DNA of 64,000 bases from Candidatus Shapirobacteria bacterium (GTDB lineage Bacteria > Patescibacteriota > Microgenomatia > UBA12405), in assembly GCA_041649835.1 (NCBI GenBank), contig JBAZML010000003.1, positions 1,451 to 65,450 of the forward strand, read 5' to 3'. Numbering within the stretch: the first letter of the stretch is position 1; every line of letters begins with the position of its first letter. The position numbers and the translations under genes are program-made. This document shows positions 20,860 to 30,481 of the stretch, piece after piece. Below the pieces are notes generated by a model. It saw only the letters and a list, made by a program, of their open reading frames with translations, did not search any database and was not told where the DNA came from.

Positions 20860-21256
20860 TTTTTCTATCCATTGCCAGATTGGCTAAAGAATCAGCCATA
20901 ACATTATATTCTCTTCGGATCTCTTTAAATTCAATTTTTTTACCGACACACAAATCTTTGGCCGTATTCCATAATAATTTTAAATGAGGTGCCTTAACCT
21001 TATATATTCCCTTCATTTGTCTTACTAAAAGTTGAGAATCAGAATTAATTTCAATTTCTTCATTTGGCGCTTTGTCGTTAATCCAGGTAAGGGCTCCAAT
21101 TAAACCCATATATTCTGCTTCATTATTTGTTTTTATTCCCAAAAATTTTCCTTCTTCAAATAGAATTTTTTTATTTTCATCTTCAATATGTACCCCATAA
21201 CCGGCAATTCCCGGATTTCCCCTAGCGCCACCATCTGTAAAAACTTTCAACCTCAT
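20849..21256 (-). CDS. rnhA: Ribonuclease HI family protein
   Basis: FTDGGARGNPG, TNNEAEY, DSQL, NxxAD. Confidence 0.9.
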   Translation of the reverse strand: MRLKVFTDGGARGNPGIAGYGVHIEDENKKILFEEGKFLGIKTNNEAEYMGLIGALTWINDKAPNEEIEINSDSQLLVRQMKGIYKVKAPHLKLLWNTAKDLCVGKKIEFKEIRREYNVMADSLANLAMDRKNEK

Positions 21257-21263
21257 GACATTA

Positions 21264-21995
21264 TCATACCAAAAAATACATTATCCCTATGCCGAAGATG
21301 ACCGTTATTAATTGCCATATAGTTTCCCTAATTTGACTTTGGTGTCGGTGAAGTTCAGGAATTAAATCAGAAGCCGCCAAATATATAAATCCACCGGCTG
21401 TTAGTCCCATTAACTCTCCGTTTATATTTACTTTATTTCCGATTATCCATACCATAGCTACTCCAATCAAACTAAAAAGAGCTGAGGATAAATTCATTAA
21501 GGATGCTTTTTTTAAACTTAAGCCGCTATGGATTAAGATAGCCAAATCTCCTATTTCTTGAGGAATTTCGTGCAACATCACCGCCAATGAAGTTGCTATA
21601 CCCGTTGGAACACTTACTCCAAAACTGCCCGTAATTATCAAACCATCAATTAAGTTATGAATCGAGTCCGCCGCGATACTCATTTCTCCTAAATGACTCT
21701 TTTGATCACATTCAACATTGTGACAGTGTCTCCATTTTAAAATTTTTTCGAGAACAAAAAAAATCATTATTCCGATAATTATCATCAATCCCGTTTTTTC
21801 GGATTCAATAATTTTCATGGATTCAGGAATCAGATGTAAAAAGGCATCTCCAAGTAATGCTCCGGTAGCCAATCCCACTAATGTTAATAATTCTCTTTTT
21901 AATATGTTTTTTCGGACTTTAAAAAAGAATAACCCGGTTAATGACAGTAAGCTCATCAGTAGTGACACTCCGGCTGCTATTAATATTGGATTCAT
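21264..21995 (-). CDS. ZIP family metal transporter
   Basis: HLIPE, HNLIDG, HEIPQE; start ATG 21995. Confidence 0.9.
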   Translation of the reverse strand: MNPILIAAGVSLLMSLLSLTGLFFFKVRKNILKRELLTLVGLATGALLGDAFLHLIPESMKIIESEKTGLMIIIGIMIFFVLEKILKWRHCHNVECDQKSHLGEMSIAADSIHNLIDGLIITGSFGVSVPTGIATSLAVMLHEIPQEIGDLAILIHSGLSLKKASLMNLSSALFSLIGVAMVWIIGNKVNINGELMGLTAGGFIYLAASDLIPELHRHQSQIRETIWQLITVIFGIGIMYFLV

Positions 21996-22045
21996 GGGGA
22001 CCATTCTACTTCATTTTTTCTCATTTAGCCAGTTATAATAGAATT

Positions 22046-23548
22046 GTGGAAACAGACGATTTTAAATCACCATTACCTCCTCGTCGTGTCAATGTCCCCG
22101 ACACTCAAACTTCAACCTCGGTTCCTTCGGTAGCTAATGTTCCTTCGGAGACCAATACTCCGGTTGAATCGGTCTTACCCAAGAAAAAAATTCGTAAATC
22201 ACCACCTTTTTTGTTATTTGGTCTTATCGGTGCGATTTTAGTCGGCCTGGCCCTATTGGTTTATTTTGTCATTATTCCGTCTCTCAAGACCAAAAAAATT
22301 GAACCAATTACATTGACCTATTGGGGTTTATGGGAAGATTCCAGTGTTCTTCAGGGTCTAATTTCTGAATTTGAGACAAAAAATCCCGAAATTAAAATCA
22401 AATACAAAAAAAATGATAAAACCGATTATCGAAGTCGGCTTGCCGGTCGTTTAACCAAAGACCCTTTATTAGAAGAAGTTCCCGACATTTTTAGAATTCA
22501 TAGTTCTTGGTTACCAATGTTTACTGATATGTTGGCTCCAGTTCCTTCCACTTCTGTTACAGCCATAAATCTTGATCAGGATTTTTACGCAGTTTATAAA
22601 AACGATCTAAAGATGGGTAACTCATACTATGCAGTTCCGCTGATGTATGATGGTCTAACCCTTTTTTACAACAAAGATTTAATTCAAAAGGGCGGCGTGG
22701 AGCTACCTAAATCATGGTGGGATTTACAGACCACTGGCGCCAAGCTAACTGTTCGGGATGAGTCCGGCAACATCCAAATCGCCGGTGTCGCCATGGGTTT
22801 AACTGACAATGTCGATCATTGGAGTGATATTTTAGGCCTCCTCCTCAGACAAAATGGTGCTGATATTCTCAAAGACAATCCTGACAATGATGCCAAAATC
22901 AAAGATGTTCTCTCTTACTACGTTAATTTCCGCAGTAAATATCAAACATGGGATGAAACTCTTCCACCATCGACTCAACTTTTTGCCCAAGGTAAACTGG
23001 CATTTTATATCGCCCCATCCTGGAGAGTTTTCAATATTGAAGAATTAAACCCCAATCTTTCTTTCGAAATTACCACCGTACCTCAATTACCCACACTTCA
23101 GGATATTTCAGCCTCATCGGCCAATTCTATGGCCAATTTAACCAATATTCATTGGGCAACATATTGGGCAGAAGCAGTAAATTCAAAAAGCAAACACCAA
23201 AAAGAAGCTTGGAAATTTATTGAATTTTTAACCTCGAAAGATTCTTTAGAAAAAATGTATACTGCCGCTTCTCAGATACGGAGTTTTGGCGAAATCTATC
23301 CCAGAATCAGTATGGCTGAAAAAATAAGTAGTAATCCTAAACTAAAGCCATTTTTGGAGACTGCCAACAATGCCCAAAGTGGTTATTTATCTTCAAATAC
23401 CTATGATTCAGGTCTTAATTCAGAATTAAGTAAATATTTTAGTGATGCAGTTAATGGTTTAATAATAAACAATAGTGACTCTACCGCGATTATGACAGCC
23501 TTGAAAAACGGTCTTAATCAGGTAGTTCAGAAATATCATTTAAAATGA
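22046..23548 (+). CDS. Membrane-anchored sugar ABC transporter substrate-binding protein
   Basis: LTYWGLWE, PDIF, LFYNKDL; GTG start 6 nt after TATAAT. Confidence 0.85.
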   Translation: METDDFKSPLPPRRVNVPDTQTSTSVPSVANVPSETNTPVESVLPKKKIRKSPPFLLFGLIGAILVGLALLVYFVIIPSLKTKKIEPITLTYWGLWEDSSVLQGLISEFETKNPEIKIKYKKNDKTDYRSRLAGRLTKDPLLEEVPDIFRIHSSWLPMFTDMLAPVPSTSVTAINLDQDFYAVYKNDLKMGNSYYAVPLMYDGLTLFYNKDLIQKGGVELPKSWWDLQTTGAKLTVRDESGNIQIAGVAMGLTDNVDHWSDILGLLLRQNGADILKDNPDNDAKIKDVLSYYVNFRSKYQTWDETLPPSTQLFAQGKLAFYIAPSWRVFNIEELNPNLSFEITTVPQLPTLQDISASSANSMANLTNIHWATYWAEAVNSKSKHQKEAWKFIEFLTSKDSLEKMYTAASQIRSFGEIYPRISMAEKISSNPKLKPFLETANNAQSGYLSSNTYDSGLNSELSKYFSDAVNGLIINNSDSTAIMTALKNGLNQVVQKYHLK

Positions 23549-24204
23549 TTTTAATTAACTATAAAATTTATCGGGAAACATTCGGAAACAAAGCCATCGA
23601 ATTAGCAAAAATTATCAAAGAGGTGGGGGACAAATATAAAATTAGAACTGTAGTTACTACTTCGGCTCTCGATGCTTTAAAAGTTCAGCGAGAAACCGGA
23701 GTTGAAGTTTGGTTACAAAACGTTGATGAATTTGATGAAGGTAAACATACCGGTTGGATTTCTGCCCAACAAGCCTATGATTTAGGTATAAAAGGTAGTT
23801 TGATTAATCATTCAGAGCATAAAATTCCCAAAGGTAAAATTGCTAAAATTATTAAATCCAAACCAGCTGATTTTGAAATAATGTGTTGTGTTGCTTCGGT
23901 AAGTCAAATTAAACAATGGACGAACAAATTAAAACCGGAATGGGTGCTTTATGAACCACCCGAACTAATTGCCAGTAAAGATAAATCTGTTGCCACAGAA
24001 AATCCGGATATGATTAAATCTGCTGCACAAGCCTTAAACGGGGTTAAGTTGTTAGTAGGAGCTGGTGTTAAAAGTAGGCAGGATGTTAAAGTAAGTTTAA
24101 ATATGGGTGCCAAAGGGGTCGGTTTAGCCAGTGCTTTCGTCTTAAATAACAATCCACAAGCCCTATTAGAGGAGATTGCCTCCGGTTTTGATGGTATAAT
24201 TTAA
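23545..24204 (+). CDS. tpiA: Triosephosphate isomerase, archaeal-type
   Basis: NYK, NHSEH, YEPPELI, GAGVK; 219 aa. Confidence 0.9.
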   Translation: MILINYKIYRETFGNKAIELAKIIKEVGDKYKIRTVVTTSALDALKVQRETGVEVWLQNVDEFDEGKHTGWISAQQAYDLGIKGSLINHSEHKIPKGKIAKIIKSKPADFEIMCCVASVSQIKQWTNKLKPEWVLYEPPELIASKDKSVATENPDMIKSAAQALNGVKLLVGAGVKSRQDVKVSLNMGAKGVGLASAFVLNNNPQALLEEIASGFDGII

Positions 24205-24211
24205 CAATCCT

Positions 24212-24925
24212 ATGGCATCTATTGATAACCTACTTGTTTCTTTGTTTGTTGATGAAATTGTCGGTGGTTTTTTAGTCACCGTCCCCCCGGGTCATGTTGG
24301 TTGTATTTATGATATTTTTCGCGGTGTAATCAAGAATGTTTGGTATCCAGGTATGCATTTTAAAATCCCAATTATTCATCGGGTTAAATTGTTCAATGCC
24401 CAGCTCATCGAATATACCATTGCCAAAGATGTTTTCCTCAAGGACAACAAAGAAATTATGGGTGATGAATTAATTCATGCTGTTACTGCCGACAACAAGT
24501 TTGTGGCTGTAGAGGCTACAGTTTTAATCAAGCTTGATACTGAAAGATTACCTGAAATTTGGCAAAATATTGGTGAAAATTTTGTTTCAAAAGTTGTTCG
24601 TCCTGTTACCCGAAGTCGCATTCGTAAAGTTTTAACTAACCACACTCTGGTCAAATCTCTTTCCACTGATCGTAGCCTGATTGAAGATGAAATTAAGCAA
24701 GAACTTCGAGACTCTTTAACTCAACATGGTCTCTTTGTTGAGAATTTTTATTTAAGTTCTCTCACCCCGATTGATGCCCCCATAAACATGGGTGACAATC
24801 CGGAATTACCAAAAGATGCCGAAGAAATAAAAAGTGAAAGACTTATTTCTGGACTCCGCTCAGACCCAACCCCCATGCCCGAGAAGCCCCAAAACCCCTC
24901 AAGGTCTTCAGTGCCGCAGTCATAG
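24212..24925 (+). CDS. SPFH/prohibitin family protein
   Basis: VPPGHVG..., PGMHFKIP, VVRPVTRS. Confidence 0.8.
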   Translation: MASIDNLLVSLFVDEIVGGFLVTVPPGHVGCIYDIFRGVIKNVWYPGMHFKIPIIHRVKLFNAQLIEYTIAKDVFLKDNKEIMGDELIHAVTADNKFVAVEATVLIKLDTERLPEIWQNIGENFVSKVVRPVTRSRIRKVLTNHTLVKSLSTDRSLIEDEIKQELRDSLTQHGLFVENFYLSSLTPIDAPINMGDNPELPKDAEEIKSERLISGLRSDPTPMPEKPQNPSRSSVPQS

Positions 24926-25487
24926 TTGCTCCGCTGGTAATTACATCATCAATTAAAATAATTTTTTCCGGAACAATTTTTTCTTGATTTACTTCAAAAA
25001 CATTAATAATATTTTTTCTTCTGATTTCACGGTTTTTGATTGTTGCTTGATTTTTTGTATTTTTATTTTTGAATAAAATATCAGTTTCACACCTTAAATT
25101 TAAAAAATCAGCCAAATGGATCGCCAATATTTCACTTTGATTGAATCCTCTCCAATTTTTCCTTTGCCAAAATAGAGGAATAGGTATCATCGTATATTTT
25201 TCTTTTTGCCAATATCTAATCACATTTGGGTACTTTAAAAGCAAATTGTTGCCCATCAAAATTGCCAACTCTTCCAGTGCATTGGTCACATATTCATATT
25301 TAATTATTTCAATTATATTTTTCATCAGGCCGTCATATTTATATATAGAGATTATTCCTTCAAAATTATCAGTTTTTGTCAAAGAACCCAAAATCATTTT
25401 GTTTTCACATAATCTACAGATATATTTATTACCTTTATGACATCCAAAACAATTTTTTGGAAATAACCAGTCGACTATCAAAGACAT
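24843..25487 (-). CDS. comF: ComF family competence/phosphoribosyltransferase protein
   Basis: CxxC zinc ribbon, RGFNQ, LIDDVITSGAT. Confidence 0.9.
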   Translation of the reverse strand: MSLIVDWLFPKNCFGCHKGNKYICRLCENKMILGSLTKTDNFEGIISIYKYDGLMKNIIEIIKYEYVTNALEELAILMGNNLLLKYPNVIRYWQKEKYTMIPIPLFWQRKNWRGFNQSEILAIHLADFLNLRCETDILFKNKNTKNQATIKNREIRRKNIINVFEVNQEKIVPEKIILIDDVITSGATMTAALKTLRGFGASRAWGLGLSGVQK

Positions 25488-25508
25488 AATTTAATTGTAG
25501 AATAACTT

Positions 25509-26576
25509 ATGTCATTGCCAAAACGTTTAAATGCTTCAAACCTTCTTTTGGACTTCTCGACATGGGCCCTGCTAAGTTTATTTGGTACCAGATTGTTTAT
25601 TGAGGTGTTCAATAGCCCCATTATTGGTCGTGGAAATTGGCACATTGCCCATGTTCTTTTTGGAGGTATTTTTATGTTGGTGGGAATTATTATTTTATTG
25701 GTTTTTTACGGTAAAAATTCAATTAGATACGCCTCAATTTTTGCCGGTATTGGTTGGGGAATGTTCATTGATGAAATCGGTAAGTATGTTACCCGGGACA
25801 ATAATTATTGGTTTCGTCCGGCAATCATTTTCATTTATCTTTCCTTTGTCTTGTTATTTTTTTTGTACCGTCTTCTTGAAAAAAAGACTGCTCAAGATCG
25901 CTCTTCTTTGTGGCATGAGCTTTTTGATGGTTGTCAGGAATTGTTTAACGACGATTTAGAAATCAATGAGAAAAAAGAACTTCTAATAAAGATTAATAAT
26001 ATTAAAAATTTAAATCATTCTTTAAAAGAAAATAAAATTCTTGAGGATTTAGAAGACTTAGTGAAATCGGTTACTCCGATCAATAATAAATACAACTTCG
26101 ACCTAGTCAAGTTAGTTGCCTCTTCTTTTCAAATTACCTATAATCGTCTTTTTAAGAAAAAATTAGCTTTGTATGGCCTGATTGTCTACAGTTTTTGGTA
26201 CACAATCGACAAATTAACTGATTTGATAAACCTGCTATTAAATCAAAATAAACTCGCCCTTCTACAAGATTATTATCTTCATTATGATTTCTTTTCAAAG
26301 GCCGATGTATACATGATTACATTTAAATTTATAACTGAAATAATTGTCGCCACACTTTTTGCCATTGGACTCATTAACTGGTCAAGAAAAAAAGTCATTA
26401 AAGGTATTAAATTTTATCAGTGGGGTTTGCTTGTCAACATTTTTATAGGGTCGCTTTTAAAATTTTACTTTGAACAATTTAGTGGTGTTTTTAGTTTAGT
26501 TTTAGCACTAATAGTTTGGGCTTGGCTTGACAATTATCGCCAGGAACGACGCTTGTCTGTTGGACATAAAACTTGA
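25509..26576 (+). CDS. Multi-pass membrane hypothetical protein
   Basis: HIAHVLFGG and GWGMFIDE conserved-looking motifs; several TMs. Confidence 0.75.
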   Translation: MSLPKRLNASNLLLDFSTWALLSLFGTRLFIEVFNSPIIGRGNWHIAHVLFGGIFMLVGIIILLVFYGKNSIRYASIFAGIGWGMFIDEIGKYVTRDNNYWFRPAIIFIYLSFVLLFFLYRLLEKKTAQDRSSLWHELFDGCQELFNDDLEINEKKELLIKINNIKNLNHSLKENKILEDLEDLVKSVTPINNKYNFDLVKLVASSFQITYNRLFKKKLALYGLIVYSFWYTIDKLTDLINLLLNQNKLALLQDYYLHYDFFSKADVYMITFKFITEIIVATLFAIGLINWSRKKVIKGIKFYQWGLLVNIFIGSLLKFYFEQFSGVFSLVLALIVWAWLDNYRQERRLSVGHKT

Positions 26577-26601
26577 AAAAATAGGCTATTTTTGCTACAA
26601 T
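26573..26601 (+). promoter_or_regulatory. sigma70 promoter of tmRNA
   Basis: TTGAAA-17 nt-TACAAT with TG extension. Confidence 0.7.
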
Positions 26602-26613
26602 TCCTTACTTCGT

Positions 26614-27040
26614 GGAGATGTAATGATTTGACGGAGTTGTTCTTTAAAAAACTGCAAGCCGACTTTGATTCATGAGTCGTAAAACAGAGTCAAAACAAAC
26701 ATGCCAAAAAATCTTTTGGTGTTAATTTAGCTTTTGATTTTTCCGGCTTCGGCTTTGGAAAAACTCAATCCGCTTCAGCTTTAGCTGTAGCTTGCTAAAA
26801 AAACCATTCTTTAATCTCCCATTCTAGAGAGGGTTAATGAGTGTAAATTAAACTAGAACGCTGTTTTTAGGATTTCGATTTTCTAAAAATCTAAGAGGGG
26901 AGTAATTTCCTCAACAATCGACACTTCAACACTTTTCACTTATTTTAGTTGTTGGGGGTGTAGGATAAAGTATCTTAAGCTTGTAGACGTTTTTTTTAGT
27001 CGACTTTCGGACCCCGGGTCACTCTCGGGCATCTCCTCCA
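26614..27040 (+). ncRNA. ssrA: tmRNA (one-piece, 427 nt)
   Basis: 5' GGAGATG pairs with 3' CATCTCC-T-CCA; GAC motifs on both sides; helix CTGCAAGC/GCTTGTAG; tag ORF 26703-26798 ending ALAVAC; adjacent to smpB. Confidence 0.9.
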
Positions 27041-27043
27041 AAC

Positions 27044-27069
27044 AAAAATCCCGTTTATCGGGATTTTTT
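27044..27069. terminator. Bidirectional intrinsic terminator between ssrA and smpB
   Basis: AAAAATCCCG-TTTAT-CGGGATTTTT. Confidence 0.8.
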
Positions 27070-27484
27070 AGTTTCTGATTCCACTCTTTATTTCTTTATC
27101 TTTTATCTTTTCTCTTTTTTCAAATTTTCTCATCTTCCTTCCAATTCCAATTTCCATTTTAAACCAAATTCCTTGCAGAAAAATTGCAATTGGAATCATC
27201 ATATACTTTTGGTTTCGGTAAGATTGCAACTTTGCAATTTCCTTGGAATTTAGTAGTAATCTTCTTTCACCACTTTTATCTTTTTCTTGACTTTGACTGT
27301 ATTTATATGAAGTTATTTCTAAATTTAGAACTGTCGGTATGCCATTAATTACTTCCACTTTTGCCCCCTTAAATTGGACTCCGTTAACTCGCAGTGCCTT
27401 GGCATCAGAACCGTTTAGAACGAGACCGGCTACAATCTTGTCGCTAAAATTGTAATCACTTGAATCTCGATTAAAATATCTCAT
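27068..27484 (-). CDS. smpB: SsrA-binding protein (divergent)
   Basis: AGLVLxG..KALR, RRLLL..KEI, basic C-terminal tail EKRE; adjacent to tmRNA. Confidence 0.9.
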   Translation of the reverse strand: MRYFNRDSSDYNFSDKIVAGLVLNGSDAKALRVNGVQFKGAKVEVINGIPTVLNLEITSYKYSQSQEKDKSGERRLLLNSKEIAKLQSYRNQKYMMIPIAIFLQGIWFKMEIGIGRKMRKFEKREKIKDKEIKSGIRN

Positions 27485-28932
27485 TTAATTTTTATTCGAT
27501 AAATTTTTCCATTTTTGGCTAACACTAAAACTGCGTTATTTTGTTTTTCAATTCCAATGTCGTTTATTTTAATATTAGAAAAATTGTACTTGCCTAAAAT
27601 TTTACCATCTTTACCGTAAATTACCACTGTGTTTTCATCAATTATATCAGCCAAAAAATTTACTTTGTCACTGGTCCTTAATTTTTTTGCCGATGTTGAT
27701 GCGGGTATAAAACTCATTTCAAAGTTTTCATCGACACCTTGGGTATATTTATAAATTTTACCGGAAGCACCCAATACCCAAATACTACTGTCAATACTAA
27801 TACTGCTTATGGTTTCTTTCAAAGTTATACCGTTCTTTAGCCAAATATTTCCTTCCCCTTGAGTTAGTTTACTGATGTTTTGATTACCGTTATCAATCAC
27901 ATATGTCAAACCATTCCATCCAGTCATTTCTCCAATTGTTTGCACCCCGCTAATTTCTGTTTCCACCAATTCATTTCTTTTAATTTCGTAAATTTTGTTT
28001 TGATTATATCCATACCACTTTTCTCCATTATTAAATATTCCTAACCAAGATTTTATTCTTTCATCTTCAACAATTTTTTCTTTTGATTTAAGTAAAGGGT
28101 CAATCATATTTATTTGTCCCAATGCGGCACTCCAGAGATATGCTACTCCATCCTTAATAGCCATTCCCGAAAATAAGTCATTACCTTCTGCAATCAGGGA
28201 CGTATCATAGGCAATTTCATATTCCACGTTTTCTCCTCCCAAAGTCTTAATTATTTCTCCAATTTTTGTTTTTAATTCTGTTAATTGGGAAATATATTTT
28301 TTTTCAGTTATTCCCGAATTACCAATTAAGTCTTCAGCATTTCGAGCTAACTGTAAGGCGGTCTCAATATTTACACTCCGGACACTATCTATTTCTAATA
28401 TCTTTGCTTCCACCTCACTTCTGGTTTGTTCAAATTTTTTATTCTGTTCATTTGTCGTCTTTTTTTGATAGCCTAAAAATGTTCCTGCAATCAACAAGAC
28501 AAAAACCACCCCTCCTAAAATCATATTTAAACTTTTATTATTTTTTTCTTGAAAAAATGGTTTTTCGTTAACATATATTGATTGTCTATTTTCAATTTTT
28601 TCATCAGTGAATTCCATCATTATCGCCGCTCCTTCAAAGTTGTTTCTTTCTCCATTTTGATATTCGCCTTTGGCTGTCTCATTAAGTAGCCAAATTTTAT
28701 CACCAATCTTAATTTTTCCTTTAGCCGTTGTCACCAGTCTTGCTGTTTTATTTTCCCTAACTATAAGTACTTCTCCACTACCGGACACTTCGATAACAGC
28801 AGACTCTCTCGTAATTTTTACAAAAACGCTTTCAAGATTATTTTTCAGTTTAAATCCCTCATTATTTTCGGATATTTGCCAACCACTATTTTGGGCCTTT
28901 GCCCCAATAAACTTCTTTACCTTATAACGCAT
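27481..28932 (-). CDS. Single-TM hypothetical protein with probable beta-propeller ectodomain
   Basis: Central TM, coiled coil, repeated beta-strand motifs. Confidence 0.7.
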   Translation of the reverse strand: MRYKVKKFIGAKAQNSGWQISENNEGFKLKNNLESVFVKITRESAVIEVSGSGEVLIVRENKTARLVTTAKGKIKIGDKIWLLNETAKGEYQNGERNNFEGAAIMMEFTDEKIENRQSIYVNEKPFFQEKNNKSLNMILGGVVFVLLIAGTFLGYQKKTTNEQNKKFEQTRSEVEAKILEIDSVRSVNIETALQLARNAEDLIGNSGITEKKYISQLTELKTKIGEIIKTLGGENVEYEIAYDTSLIAEGNDLFSGMAIKDGVAYLWSAALGQINMIDPLLKSKEKIVEDERIKSWLGIFNNGEKWYGYNQNKIYEIKRNELVETEISGVQTIGEMTGWNGLTYVIDNGNQNISKLTQGEGNIWLKNGITLKETISSISIDSSIWVLGASGKIYKYTQGVDENFEMSFIPASTSAKKLRTSDKVNFLADIIDENTVVIYGKDGKILGKYNFSNIKINDIGIEKQNNAVLVLAKNGKIYRIKIK

Positions 28933-28944
28933 TAAAAAATGATA

Positions 28945-29163
28945 CTACAGAATAGTCCAGGCCAAAAATACCAAGAGTATTGAAGCCGCCAAATGTAAGT
29001 AAGAAACACTAATTAAAATACTGTTAATTTTATCCCTAACATTTCTCGACATCGTTCCGACTTGTTTAACTACCACTAAAGCAAATACAAAATATATTAA
29101 GCTTCCCAAAATCGCAAATATTTTTTCTGCCAACATTAAATATCCATTAAGGTCATTAAACAT
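28945..29163 (-). CDS. DUF5657-like small membrane protein
   Basis: YFVFALVVVKQVxxM pattern; 2 TMs. Confidence 0.65.
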   Translation of the reverse strand: MFNDLNGYLMLAEKIFAILGSLIYFVFALVVVKQVGTMSRNVRDKINSILISVSYLHLAASILLVFLAWTIL

Positions 29164-29906
29164 TATTTATTTCCCCCTCTTTTTTCTTCATTCTCTCTTA
29201 AGATCTGTAACACTTTTATTATTTTTTCCGGATTGGGAACCAATTCAAATTGAATTTCTGATACTTCAGCCGCAGTTTGAATATAGACGGTTCCAAAGTT
29301 AAACATTGTTTGACTTACACCGCTTACTCTGGAAGTTATATCCTGAATCATTGATAATTTGGCTTCGGAAAACTTTTTGTCAAGTAGATTGTTAAAAGCG
29401 ATATCAATTACTCTTTCATCAGTAATTATATATACATCAAAATACCAAGATAAAAATTTTTCAAAAGAAAAAGCAAATGTTATTAAATACCATGCAAAAA
29501 TTCCCAGTATTTCAAATTTTGTTGGAAGGTTGTTAATTATTGGTACAAATCTCAGTAAACTTGGCGCAATAATTAATACGATAGTTGTCAAAATCCAAGA
29601 TAGATTGGTTATCCAATGAGGTCGGGCCACTAAAATAATTTTTTCATCACTATCTCTTTCTTCAAAATCAAATATGTGGGGATTTATCAAAAGTGATGAA
29701 AGTGGAGACTTAGTATGTCCGACAATTCCATAGATTTTGTCTCTGACTTCCTCTGAAGAATCGACTGTTTCTCTAATTTTTTTTGTTTCGCTTTCCGTTT
29801 CTTTTAATACTTCAACCTCTTCGATTTTTGGAGATACAGTCATCCGATTTTTTACTTCAATTTGATCATCAGGTGCCACTGAATCTAAATCCATCGATCT
29901 TGTCAT
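29163..29906 (-). CDS. Bacterial PH-domain membrane protein
   Basis: RPHW, YIITDERVI, IQDI, FNFGTVYIQTA. Confidence 0.8.
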   Translation of the reverse strand: MTRSMDLDSVAPDDQIEVKNRMTVSPKIEEVEVLKETESETKKIRETVDSSEEVRDKIYGIVGHTKSPLSSLLINPHIFDFEERDSDEKIILVARPHWITNLSWILTTIVLIIAPSLLRFVPIINNLPTKFEILGIFAWYLITFAFSFEKFLSWYFDVYIITDERVIDIAFNNLLDKKFSEAKLSMIQDITSRVSGVSQTMFNFGTVYIQTAAEVSEIQFELVPNPEKIIKVLQILRENEEKRGGNK

Positions 29907-29909
29907 GAG

Positions 29910-30419
29910 TTATTTTAACATTTGATTAGCTCCAATCAAATCAGCTATATTTTTCGCCAAAAATTTAGATACGCCCCTTTTAGGCAAATGTAAAAATAAA
30001 TGTTTTGTCTTCAATTTTTTTTTATTAATATTTAGTTGAGTTTCAAAAGCAATCCAGTTGCAATTATAAGTTCCCATATTTTCGGTAATTTCAAATACTG
30101 CTGGTTCATACATCTCAATTTCGGGTAGGCTCAATTCAATTTTTATAGGAGCTAGGGTATAGATTGAATCTTTACCATAAACATTTCTGGCCACTGTTTC
30201 AATTCTAATTTTTTCTCCATCTCCGTAAAAATCACCAAGTCCGATTATCAAGTCGTAAACATCGTTACGAATATATTTATTGGCAAAACTTCTCGGATGT
30301 CCAAAAATAACCTGATAATTTATACCCAAACTTTGTGGTAAATATCGTTGTAAATCACTGTAGGTTCGTCTCGATACATTCGTACCCCATTGATTTGAAA
30401 AAGCATAAATCAAAATCAT
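29910..30419 (-). CDS. Pyroglutamyl-peptidase I (C15)-like protein
   Basis: IRIETVARN (Glu), GTYNCN (Cys), FLHLP (His) catalytic triad pattern. Confidence 0.7.
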   Translation of the reverse strand: MILIYAFSNQWGTNVSRRTYSDLQRYLPQSLGINYQVIFGHPRSFANKYIRNDVYDLIIGLGDFYGDGEKIRIETVARNVYGKDSIYTLAPIKIELSLPEIEMYEPAVFEITENMGTYNCNWIAFETQLNINKKKLKTKHLFLHLPKRGVSKFLAKNIADLIGANQMLK

Positions 30420-30481
30420 GTTTTTTAATTCGTATTAATCTAAGTTGATAATATCAAAACAATACTATAGATTTATATCTA

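Noticed and set aside
26893-26912. AGGGGAGTA resembling a yybP-ykoY riboswitch start
   Set aside because: Internal to tmRNA and lacks the rest of the motif.
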